The notes below the pieces were generated by a model. That model made no database searches and had not been told where the DNA came from. It saw only the letters and a program-made list of their open reading frames with translations. This document shows, piece after piece, positions 50,819 through 62,776 of a stretch of 64,000 bases of DNA. The DNA comes from Octopus sinensis (lineage: Eukaryota), in the NCBI RefSeq assembly GCF_006345805.1, contig NC_042998.1, positions 23,684,001 to 23,748,000 of the forward strand, given 5' to 3'. Each line of letters begins with the position of its first letter. The stretch's first letter is position 1. The translations under genes and the position numbers were made by a program.

Positions 50819-51576
50819 GTGACCCCCTTCGGTCAGACACTGACCATGGGTTTGCACCTAGAGAGTTACCATCTGAGGCACAAGTCTGGGCAAGGTTGTT
50901 TTATGGAAGACCAGCAGTCGCCCATGCATACCAGCCTCCCCTCTCCACGTCACCGATGTTGTCCAAGGGAAAGGCAAGGGCCGATACAGCTTGGCACCTG
51001 TGATGTCGCAACTCATTTCTACAGCTGAGTGAACTGGAGCAACGTGAAATAAAGTGTCTTGCTCAAGAACACAACATGCAGCCCGGTCCGGGATTCAAGC
51101 TCACAACCTCACGATCGTAAGCTCGACGCTCTAACCATATATATATATATGTGTGTGTATGTGTGTAAGTGTAAGTGTAAGTGTGTGTGTGTAAGTGTAA
51201 GTGTGAGTGTGTCTGTGTTTGATCTACCCTACCACCACCGCTTGACAATTTGTTGTTGGTGTGTTTACATTCCTGTAACTTAGAGGTTCAGAAAAAGTGG
51301 GTGACAGAATAAATACCAGACTTGCAAAAAGAGAAAAATCACTGAGGTCGATTCATTCGACTAAAGAATTCTTCAAGGCAGTGCCCCAGCATGGCCACAG
51401 CCTACTGACTGAAACATGTAAAAAAAAAAAAAAAAAGATCTATACCCAACCTTAACCTGGAAGTAATTAATGTATTACAAAAACACTAAAATTAGAAACT
51501 TCTTTATCAATAACCAACTGCATACCTGTAAGCTACGAACAAGCCGTTAATGGCTGATGTGTTTTACAAGTTTGGT

Positions 51577-51892
51577 GAGGGCGCGTGGCTTAGTGGTTAG
51601 GGCATTCGGCTCATGATCGTAAGGTTGTGAGTTCGATTCCCGGCGACGCGTTGTGTCCTTGAGCAAGACACTTTATTTCACGTTGCTCCAGTCCACTCAG
51701 CTGGCAAAAATGAGTTGTACTTGTATTTCAAAGGGTCAGCCTTGTCACTCTCTGTGTCACGCTGATTATCCCCGAGAACTACGTTAAGGGTACACGTGTC
51801 TGTGGAATGCTCAGCCATTTGCACGTTAATTTCACGAGCAAGCTGTTCCGTTGATCGTATCAGCTGGGACCCTCGTCGTCGTAACCGGCGGA
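51577..51892 (+). mobile_element. SINE family C, tail type 2
   Basis: Same head and core, different tail. Copies at 48635-48906 (+), 33860-34151 (-), 62777-63068 (-), partial 4880-5090 (+). Confidence 0.82.
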
Positions 51893-52521
51893 GTCTTTAC
51901 AAGTTTGATTGCAAATGTGTAAGAGGTGAGGTTTTACTGCTCCAGCTGTTATATTATCCTTACAAGTATAATACTTCTATGCCAATACCATGTTCTTTCA
52001 ACAGAGAGCAATGATGATGCACTACGTTACACATTACACAAAATAAAACAGAGCCAGATAGAAAAACATGAGCAAACAACATGTCTTTCCTTTACAGAAT
52101 TCCCTTTAAAAATAGACAATTAATGATGGAAGCTGTAGCACAATGTAATGTTAATATAAGCACTTGGATAATACAGTGGGAAACAGAAACCATTCCCTGA
52201 CTACTGAAGTGAAATGCTAACAGTCAAAAATTAAAATTCTGGTAGCAATGTCACCATCTACTTCATTGCTCATGTATACTATAAAGTGGTAGTTAGACAC
52301 ATTGACACCACCACTACCGCCACCAACAACAACAACAACAACATCAGCATCAACACCGACTGCTTCATCTTGAACGTCTAAAAACATTGATGATCGGTTT
52401 GTGAACAGTGCTAAACAAACTGTAAGGAACGCATACAAAGATATGTAATAAAAATATAAAAATCATCATCATCAACCACCACAACCACCACCACCACCAC
52501 CACCACCACCACCACCACTAC

Positions 52522-52524
<3 letters not shown>

Positions 52525-52554
<30 letters not shown>

Positions 52555-53010
52555 TGTTTAACGTCTGCTTTCCATGCTAGCATGGGTTGGACGATTTTGA
52601 CTGAGGGCTGGTGAACCAGATGGCTGCACCAGGCTCCAATCTTGATCTGGCAGAGTTTCTACAGCTGGATGCCCTTCCTAACGCCAACCACTCCGAGAGT
52701 GTAGTGGGTGCTTTTATGTGCCACCGGCACGAGGGCCAGACAGGTAGTATTGGCAACTGCCATGCTCAAATGGTGCTTTTTATGTGCCACCTGCACAGGA
52801 GCCAGTCCAGCGGCACTGGCAATGACCTTGCCCGAATGTTTTTTCACATTCCACCAGCACAAGTGCCAGTAAGGTGACGCAGGTAATGATCATGCTCGAA
52901 TGGTGCTTTTTACGTGCCACCGGCATGGAAGCCACTTTATTGCTCTGGCAATGATCACGGTTGGATGGTGCTCTTAGTGCTCCACTAGCACGGATGCCAG
53001 TCATCGAAAA
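52525..53010 (-). mobile_element. Family A RTE 3' end
   Basis: Conserved terminus with about 4 diverged units. Confidence 0.85.
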
Positions 53011-53149
53011 CTCAAATGCAGTTTTGTTTTTAATACAACATACATATAAGTATTAACATCATCATCATCATCGTCATAATTGTTGCTATCGTCGTCATCA
53101 TCATCATCATTGTCATCGCCATAATGATTTTATGTCTACTTTTCAATGC

Positions 53150-53550
53150 TTACTCTTTTACTTGTTTCAGTCATTTAACTGTGGCCATGCTGGAGCACCA
53201 CCTTTAGTCGAGCAAATCAACCCCCAAGACTTATTCTTTGTAAGTCTAGTACTTATTCTATCGGTCTCTTTTGCCGAACCGCTAGATTACGGTGACGTAA
53301 ACACACCAGCATCTGTTGTCAAGTGATGTTGGCAGGACAAACAGAGACACGCAAACATATACACACACATACATATATATATATATACATATATACGACA
53401 GGCTTCTTTCAGTTTCCATCTCCCAAATCCACTCTCAAGGCTTTGGTCAGCCCGGGCTATAGTAGAATACACTTGCCCAAGGTGCCACGCGGTGGGACTG
53501 AACCGGGAACCATGTGGTCGGTAAGCAAACTACTTACCACACAGCCAATC
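53150..53550 (-). mobile_element. Family B SINE, full length
   Basis: Same structure as 16339-16750. Confidence 0.85.
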
Positions 53551-54145
53551 CTATGCCTATGCTTGTATGGATCCGTTCAGTTTTTCTGAGGCAGTGTCCA
53601 ACAGCCAGAAACCCTTCCTCTTGCCAAATCTTCTCGCTGCTTCTTGCAATACACAGGGACATGGTTTAAGAATTTTAAACCTGGGATACACATGGCAAAC
53701 CATACATCACAAATAAATAAATAAATATATATATCATCATCATCATCGTGTGTGTGTGTGTGTGTGTTTATGTTTGTTTATGTATGTATGTATGAATGTA
53801 TGTATACACACACATATATGGGGTAAAGAGTAAAGATCCCCTTTGGTCACGAATGACCATGGGATTATACTGAAGCACAAGTACTGGCAAGTTTGTTTAT
53901 GGAAGACCAGCGGTCACCCATGCGTACCAGCCTTCCCTCTCCATGCCATGGATTTTATCCAAGGGAAAGGCAAAGGCTGATACAGCCTGGCACCAGTGAC
54001 GTCACAACACATTTCCACAGCTGATTGAACTGGAGCAATGTGAAATAAAGTGTCTTGCTCAAGAACACAACATGCAGCCTGGTCTGGAAATCAAACTCAC
54101 TGCAGACGGAACATTACAAGACATCAGAAATTGTAATTCCAAAAG

Positions 54146-54610
54146 GCGGTGAGCTGGCAGAAACGCTAGCATGCCGGGCGAAATGCTTTGCAGTATTTTG
54201 TCTGCTGTTACGTTCTGAGTTCATATTCCGCTGATGTTGACTTTGCCTTTCATCCTTTCGGGGTCGATAAATCAAGTACCAGTTACACACTGGGGTCAAT
54301 GTATATTTCTTTACTACCCACAAGGGGCGAAACACAGAGGGGACAAACAAAGACAGACAAACAAATTAAGTCGATTACATCAACCCCAGTGCGTAACTGG
54401 TACTTAATTTATCGACCCTGAAAGAATAAAACGCAAAGTCGACCTCAGCGGAATTTGAACTCGGAACGTAACGACAGACGAAATATGGCTATGCATTTTG
54501 CCCGGTGTGCTAACGTTTCCGCCAGCTCGCCGCACTGGGGTCAATGTAATCGACTTAATCCCTTTGTCCCCTCTATGTTTAGCCCCTTGTGGGCAATAAA
54601 GAAATAAGAA
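54146..54610. mobile_element. Inverted pair of family D SINEs plus a tail fragment
   Basis: + copy 54146-54300 and - copy ~54310-54532. Confidence 0.85.
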
Positions 54611-54624
54611 ACTGTAATTCCATC

Positions 54625-55018
54625 ATGGGATATGTCACAGTATTATTGTCAGGAGACTTCTGATAAACATTACCAGTTGTTCCAATACGAACAAATGTGG
54701 ATGAACTAAAATGCTTCAGTAAAGTCTTCTGTATTATGGCTTCATGTAAAAACACTTCAGCTTTCAACAAATATGAGATCAAAGATTTCAAGAGATCAAT
54801 CAGATGAACTATCTGCAGAGCAGCTTTTGAAACTCAGTGAAGGGAGAGATGGAATTGATGAGGAGCAGTTTCATTCACCGAATCCAATATGTAATTCAAC
54901 TGATTCCATTGATGATTTGATGTATGAAACCTTTCTAAATCTTCTTCATAATTACCACAATACAAATTATATCTGTGAGTGAGATATCCTGGCTCCAAAA
55001 AATGTTGCTGTAAATAAC
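54625..55018 (+). pseudogene. Helitron PIF1-like helicase fragment
   Basis: VTVLLSGDF**TLPVV, then frameshift to KSSVLWLHVKTLQLSTNMR...EQLLKLSEG...DILAPKNVAVN, matching Helitron helicase GDFRQ.LPV / LW..V..L..NMR / AILAP.N motifs. Confidence 0.85.
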
Positions 55019-55736
55019 AAAATATCCAGACAGACGATACAAGGAAAACAAAGACAAATCATTCGGAGTTTTCTATCCTCAGTCGAGTTCCAGATTATCT
55101 TTGCAATTTTGGCTGATTATACTTGAGATTGCTCCAATCTGGCCAGCCCCAAGGGAAAATAAGCTAAGGGCATTATATTCCTTGGAAGAAAGCAGTGAAT
55201 GTATATGAAAATAAGGACGGAAAAAACAGAAATGTTACACAAATAGAAACAACAGGATGTAACAACAGGTGTCTTTCGACTATGGATGAATCAAATTAAG
55301 CTGGTATGTGTGGAAGTAAAGCCTTATGGCAGGGACATAAGATTTAACAAGCACAGGCGGGAATATAGATGTTGCATGGATGGTAATCGAACCAAGAAAG
55401 AAAGATCAGGCCTGGTCAAACACTGGTCATGTGGGGAGAGAAGAGAGAGTGGTAGAGGCAGAGGAATAGAAGAATTAAGGAGGGGCGAGAGAAAGATGAA
55501 AAAGACACAGAAAAAATGTTTTAGACATTTTGGTATTCTTCATTTTCCTTCTTATGTACTAAAAATATTATTGAATCTATTGCAATATTTTCACTTTTGG
55601 TAATTCTGTGACTTTTTGTCTTCTTTTTGAAATAAAAATTATTTGCTTGTACCATTTTCTTCTTTCAGTATGTTTTTCAGCAGAATCATTAGAATTCTTT
55701 AAACTCTTAATTTTGTTTGTCATCATCATGACCTGT

Positions 55737-56041
55737 ACCTACCTACCACCAGCACCAGCACCACAACCACCACCACCACCACCACCACAACAACGATGAC
55801 GACGACCACTACCAACACCATCACTGCCACCACCACCACCATCACCACCACCACCACCACCACAACGATGACCACTACTACCACTATCACCACCACCAAC
55901 ACCATCATTGTCACCACCACCACAACCACCACTATGACCACAACAACGACGACGACGACGACCACCACCACCATCATCTCCATCACCACCACTACCACTG
56001 CTGCTGCTGCTTCCATCACCACCACCACAACAATGACCACC

Positions 56042-56073
<32 letters not shown>

Positions 56074-56109
56074 CAACAATAGCAGCAATGCTACCTACAT
56101 AATATTAAC

Positions 56110-56140
<31 letters not shown>

Positions 56141-56215
56141 ATTGATAATAATAATAATAACAATCAGCAACATCATCATAATTCTCATCATCACCATCAT
56201 CATCGTAGCTGACAT
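55737..56215. repeat. Compound trinucleotide low-complexity tract (CAC/GAC/AAC/GAT/AAT)
   Basis: Directly visible. Confidence 0.95.
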
Positions 56216-57711
56216 CAACACTACTTTCATAATTACAGTCATCATCTCGTCATCGCCACTATTATTGCTGATGTCATCACCACCAGTTTTACTAACAAAT
56301 ACCTCCCCCACTAACAACAACAAGAACAGCTTCCCCCATCACCATCACAACAAGCATCGTCATCAATATTCTTGCCACACAGTTATTGCCATTTCCTTCC
56401 CCCACTTCTTTATCCCCAACCCCCCCGTGCTGCCATATCAATATTTTAGCGTCCATTTTGCTATGCTTGCATGAATTAAATTGCTTGTCAATATCTTAAC
56501 ACTGGATTGCAGCGTGCATGACATGTGCAGCTGATGAGCTAACAAGTTAATGAATAAATAAAAACAAAGGCCACACAAAAAATTAAAAAAAAAACGGACA
56601 AAAAGCAAAATAATAATAATAATAATAATAATAATAAACCAAGAACAAAAAAAAAAACCAAGCAAACAAACAAGCAAAAACAAGGCAAAAAGCAAGCATT
56701 CCTAAAATTATTTATTATTTTGTTTTCAGCAGCTGAAAAACACAAATACAAAAGACTGCCTTAGAAATATGAGAAATATTTTATAATATTGAGGCTTACA
56801 AATAAAATCGCTATTATGCAAAGTTCTGAATCTAATTGCTTTCCTCAGAAATATACAGATTTATCAAATGACTATTAAAAGTTCAAATTATTTTGTGCCA
56901 ATTTGGTCCTGCAAAGTCTGTCTTTTACTTACTCTATTACTTACTTCTATAATGCCAAGTGGATTTTATTATTTATTATTTATGTGCACTTTTCAAGCCT
57001 AGCCAAGCTCATAGGCCCGGTTTCCCAGTTTCTATGGCATATGTGTTCCCCCCAGCTGGATGGGATGCCAGTCCATTGCAGTGTTACTCAAGCAACAGGA
57101 AGAAAGAGTGAAAGAAAGCTGGGGCAAAAGAGTACAACAGGGGTTGTCCCCCGCCCTGCCAGGGCCTCATGGAGCTTTAGGTGTTTTCGCTCAGTAAACA
57201 CACACAACGCCCGGTCTGGAAATCGAAACCGTGATCCTCTGACCACGAGTTCACTGCCCTAACCACTGAGCCATTGCGCCTCCACCCAAGTGGATCTGCT
57301 GACGCAAATCAGCTGTTTGTGAATACGGGTTTCAAATTTTGGTACAAGGCCTGCAGTTTTGCGGGAGGGGCTAACTCAATTAAATTGACCCCAGTGCTCA
57401 ACTGGTGCTTATTTTATTGACCCTGAAAGGATGAAAGGTAAAGTCAACCACAGTGGAATTTGAACTTGGAATATAAAAATGGATGAAATGCTGCTTAGCA
57501 TTTCGTCCTGCATCTTAATGACTCTGCCAGCTTGCTGTTTGTGAAATACTAACCATCGTTGACTAATGACTGAAAATAAAGGTTATTTTTATTTTATGTG
57601 GTTTTAGTCTGAGAAAGAAGGGCATCACTCATGACCAGAGATGAAGGGAAAATGGGAAGAGAAATTATGCCTCATCAGGTATTAAATAAAAATAAATGCG
57701 CCCTTTTAAAG

Positions 57712-57944
57712 ACTAGCCAGGCTCATGGGCCCGGTTTCCCAGTTTCAATGGCGTATGTGTTCCGCAGCTGGACAGGACGTCAGTCCATCACAGCGTTACC
57801 CATTTTTGCCAGCTGAGTGGACTGGAGCAACGTGAAATGAAGCGTTTTGCTCAAGAACACAACGCGTCGTCCGGCCCAGGAATCGAAACCACAATCTTAC
57901 GATCATGGTGCTGACACCCTAACCACTAAGCCACGCGCCTCCAC
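57712..57944 (-). mobile_element. SINE family C, tail type 3
   Basis: Same head, tail ...gatggactgacgtcctgtccag...gaaactgggaaaccgggcccatgagc. Diverged copy at ~36248-36490 (+). Confidence 0.75.
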
Positions 57945-58567
57945 CATCAGGTATTATTAAGTAGTTATTAGTCCATTAAGGTGGTAAGCTGGTAGAATCA
58001 TTACCCCACCAGACAGTATGCTTAGCAGCTTTCCGTCCAGGGTTCAAACGCTGCTGAGGTTGACTTTGCTTTTCATCCTTTCTGGGTCAATAAAATAAGT
58101 ACCAGTTGAATCCTGGGGTCAATCGAATTGACTTAACCACTCCCCCAAAGTTGCTGGCCTTGTGCCAAAACTCAAAACCATTACTCTTTTACTCTTTTAT
58201 TTGTTTCAGTCAATTGACTGTGGCCATGCTGGAGCACCACCTTTAGTCAAGCAAATCGACCCCAGGACTTATTCTTTGTAAGCTTAGTACTTATTCTATC
58301 GATCTCTTTTGCCGAACCACTAGATAACGGGGATGTAAACACACCAGCATCAGTTGTCAAGTGATGTTGGGGGGACAAACACAGACACACAAACACACAC
58401 ACACACACATATATATGCATATATATGATGGGCTTCTTTCAGTTTCCGTCTACCAAATCCACTCACAAGGCTTTGCTTGGTCCAATGTTATGTGGTCCTT
58501 AAGGAAAAGAGAGGATGAATGGTGAGGATAGAAGTAGGGGAACAGGTAGTAGGTTGGACCCATACAC

Positions 58568-60541
58568 ATCATCATCATCATCATCATCATTTAACATCCA
58601 TTGTCCATGCTAGCATGGGGCTGGTAAGCTGAGGGGCTGCACCAGAATCCAGTCTGATTTGGCATGGTTTTCTACAGCTGGCTGCCCTTTCTAACACCAA
58701 CCACTTTACAGAGTGTAATGGGGGCTTTTATGTGCTATTTGCATGACACCAGTATCTGCCATGACTGTGATTTTGCTTGGCTTGATGGGTTTTCTTCTCA
58801 AGCCTGACATAATGCCAAAGGTTTTGGTCATTGCTGCTGTGAGGCCCAATGCTCGAAAGGAATTCAGTCACTTTGCCTCTGTGAGGCTGATACTAATGGA
58901 CAAATAAAGGTGACAAGAAGGCAAGTGATGAGGAAACAAGAGTGTACTGGACAGGAGATGATGAGCGAAGAGGATGGCTGTAGGGAAAGGATCCATATCT
59001 ACTGCCAGGTATGGGGGTTGGGAAAGTGGGAAATAGGGAACTGAGAAGATAAATATCTTTTCATAAATCGGAATTGAAATTGAAATCGCTCAAAAATCAA
59101 TGGAAATTGTAGTTGTGATACCAGTGCTGGTGGCACATAAAAGAACCATTCGAACGTGGCTGTTGCCAGTGCTGCCCCAACTGGCCTCCGTGTCGGTGGC
59201 ACATAAAAAGCACCAACTGATCGTGGCCGTTGCCAGCCTCACCTAGCACGTAAAAAGCACCCACTACACTCACGGAGTGGTTGGCATTAGGAAGGGCATC
59301 CAGCTGTAGAAACACTGCCAGATCAGACTGGAGCCTGGTGCAGCCTCCTGGCTTCCCAGACCCCAGTCGAACCATTCAACCCATGCTAGTATAGAAAGTG
59401 GACATTAAACGATGATGATGATGATGATATCAGTGTTAGGATGACTAAATGTTTAAGAAGTTTGCTTCTTAATCATGTCCACTCATTGAATTGTCATCAA
59501 GTGGTAACTGATGGAATGCTTCTATATCATTGCTTGATCTGTTTTGGGTTTGAAATTACTGAACAACAGCTTTCAACTTCAAAGTTTTTCTCTCACATAT
59601 GCAAATATTTATTTCACACATGTACACACACAGACACACTCGATAAAAGAAAAAGAATATTAGAAAAATTAATTGATAAATTTTATGAAATTGGAGGGTA
59701 CCAAGTCCACTATTTTATGACTGGTCAAATTTTATGTATGTCTACTTATACTTTAATTATGATTAAAGTCTGTGATTAACAAGATAACTTAACAGCTATG
59801 GCCTTTTTTTTTATTTTTTCTTTTCTTTTTATAGATACTATCCATTATGGATTATCTTAATTTAATTTCTTTTTCAAAACTACCTGAGATATCCATGTCA
59901 TTATGCAGGCAATCGTTACGTTTCCCAAGGCCTGGCCTTGGCCTCAATCACTGCCAGTCACTCAAATATCACTACTGCTGTAAAATATTGAACTAGTCAG
60001 ATAAACTTTTTGTCAAGAATGCCAGATTGTAATTAATCTGTTTATGTTAAATATTTGTGCAAAGACCCGGGCTGCTTCCTGCATCAGTTCCGCATAGCCC
60101 CTGCCCATTCAAAGTACCCCGGATCCCAGAACGTCCCGCTGTGCTTGAGGAGACCTGTTGAGTCAAGTACATGAACATGAACGTCGAAATAAATATCAAT
60201 GGAAATAGCAGTTGTGATGCCTGTGCCGGTGGCACATAAAAAGCACTATCCGAACGTGGCCGATGCCAGCGCCGCCCCAACTGGCTCCTGTGCCGGTGGC
60301 ACATAAAAAGACCATCCGAACGTTGCCAGCGCCGCCTTGGCTGGCTTCCGTGCCGCTGGCACGTTAAAAGCTCCAACCGATCGTGACTGATGCCGGACCC
60401 CCCCTGGCACCTGTGCAGGTGGCACGTAAAAAGCACCCACTACACTCGCGGAGTGGTTGGCGTTAGGAAGGGCATCCAGCCGTAGAAACTCTGCCAGATC
60501 AGACTGGGGACGTAAAACGATGATGATGATGATGATGATGA
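58568..60541. mobile_element. Three family A RTE 3' ends (58568-58890 -, 59090-59428 +, 60060-60541 +)
   Basis: Each shows the gaagggcatccagc core and (GAT)n tail. Further copies lie at 61980-62141 (+) and ~63075-63256 (+). Confidence 0.83.
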
Positions 60542-60819
60542 TTTAAATGCATAAATGAATTTATTTATTGTAATCCGCTCGTGCTGAAGAAGAAAATATA
60601 TGTAGTTATTTGTGTATAAGTGTGTGTGTGAGTGCATATGTGTGCATTAGTGTGTGTGTATGTGTGTGTGTGATTAAGAAATTTGCTTTATAGCTACATA
60701 GGTATGGACTCAATTTAACTAGGCAACATTTTGAGCAAGTGTCCTCTTCACAGGTGGACCAAAGCCTTTCTGTATAAAATTTGGGGGCTGGAAACTTTGC
60801 AGAAAACTGTTGTGTACAT

Positions 60820-61143
60820 TTATGGAGTTATACTTGCATAGCAAGTGACCTGATCTGAGATCGCATGCTGAAACAAAACAACAGTGTGGAAGGTGTCTAT
60901 GAGCCATTTAAAAACACGCAAAAACTGTTAGATTCACTTCAACATTTAAATTTAATTTGTCAAAATATTTTTGCTGCTTTGAAACCACGACCTTCACTGA
61001 CAAAATTCCGTGCAGCATGGAATTTTGTCAGTGAACAGGTCGCAGTTTGAAAGCGATGAAAATATTTTGACAGATTAAATTTAAATGTTGAAGTGAATCT
61101 AGCAGTTTTTGTGTGTTTTTAAATGGCTCATAAACACCTTCCA
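60820..61143. repeat. Fold-back element with ~128-bp arms
   Basis: Arms 60887-61013 / 61015-61143; a half copy lies at 5661-5865. Confidence 0.85.
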
Positions 61144-61381
61144 TATTGCAATTGTTGTATACATACCTGGTTTAATTCATGAATATATTTGTACACCTGT
61201 TGTTGATTAGTGTTTTTCTTTTTTCTTTTAAGACATGAATATAAGGTATATACACCAGGTATGCAGATGATATATTGTAATAGGATACTGAAAGATGTTT
61301 AGTTTGTGAAAGAAAGCAGGAAACAGCTTTCTACTATAATATGATATCTGGAACAGATGAAATAGAACTCCTAAGGATATC

Positions 61382-61787
61382 TCTTTTACTCTTTTACTCT
61401 TTTACTTGTTTCAGTCATTTGACTGTGGCCATGCTGGAGCACCGCCTTTAGTTGAGCAAATCGACCCTGGGACTTATTCTTTGTAAGCCCAGTACTTATT
61501 CTATCGGTCTCTTTTGCCGAACTGCTAAGTGACGGGGACGTAAACACACCAGCATCGATTGTCAAGCAATGCTAGGGGGACAAACACAGACACACAAACA
61601 CACACATACATATATATATATACATATATACAACAGGCTTCTTTCAGTTTCCGTCTACCAAATCCACTCACAAGGCATTGGTCGGCCCAGGGCTATAGCA
61701 GAAGACACTTGCCCAAGATGCCACGCAGTGGGACTGAACCCGGAACCATGTGGTTGGTTAGCAAGCTACTTACCACACAGCCACTCC
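61382..61787 (-). mobile_element. Family B SINE, full length
   Basis: Same structure. Partial B copies also at ~4088-4310, 11508-11670, 27400-27577, 38610-39230, 40193-40400, 50205-50365, 51140-51420, 58185-58480. Confidence 0.88.
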
Positions 61788-61882
61788 TTTCAAAACAAAT
61801 TAAAAGTTTATCTTCATCATCATCATTATTGAATATCTGTTTTCCATGGTAGCATGGACAGAACCAATATAATATTATATAT

Positions 61883-62278
61883 TATGAGGAATTGAGATGA
61901 AAAGTTCCGGGCTTTGGGTAAAAGAATATACAGGAGGATCAGTTAATTATGATTTTATTCAACATGTTCTCTACATTCATGGAGTGGTTGGCATTAGGAA
62001 GGGCATCCAGCTGTAGAAACACTGCCAGATCAGACTGGAGCCTGGTGCACCCTCCTGGTTTCCCAGGCCCCGGTCGAACCGTCCAACCCGTGCTAGCGCA
62101 GAAAACGGACGTTAAACGACGATGATGATGATGATGATGATGTTCCCCTCTTGGATTCACACACTTGTTGCTGTGATCCTTCACTTTTTCTAAGCCCTCT
62201 AAAAAAACTCAGGTTGGGTTTCCAACCAGGCTTTTTGTGACAAATTTAAAGCCGGGAACTTTTCAGCACCCACTTGTA
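61883..62278. mobile_element. Tc1/mariner-type MITE interrupted by a family A RTE 3' end
   Basis: TA-flanked TIR remnants (tgaaaagttcc / ggaacttttca); insertion at 61980-62141. Confidence 0.72.
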
Positions 62279-62540
62279 TATTATAATATTATTTATACTG
62301 TATATGATAATTTATAATATTTAATAATTATAGAAATGATAGTGACAAATACTAATTATAGCAAAACTAAGCTGATATGATTAAGCTTAACTGCTAAGTG
62401 ATTTGAACTCAGCACTGATATTAAATGAGATATAGGGTGGTGAGCTGGCAGAATTGACAGCATGCCAGGTATTTCTTCTTAGTTTTCATTCTGAGTTCAA
62501 ATACCGGAAATTTATAACTTAAATCTGTTCTGTTAAATAT

Positions 62541-62776
62541 ACAAAGTTACTGACAACAAAATACTGAACTGGTGACTAGATATTAATGACATTGCTAAGT
62601 GTTACACTATGGGTTTATAATATGAATAGATGATATATATGCAGATATATATACCAGTACTGGTATATATATCTGCATATATATCATCTATTCATATTAT
62701 AAACCCATAGTGTAACACTTAGCAATGTCATTAATATCTAGTCACCATTTCAGTGTTTTGTTGTCAGGAACCTTGT
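62541..62776. repeat. Long palindrome, perfect over 62570-62747, no loop
   Basis: Base-by-base symmetric about 62658/62659 (ACCAGT|ACTGGT). Confidence 0.95.

Noticed and set aside
59441-59779. 112-aa ORF
   Set aside because: Runs through a (CA)n tract and AT-rich sequence; no motifs or convincing splice boundaries.
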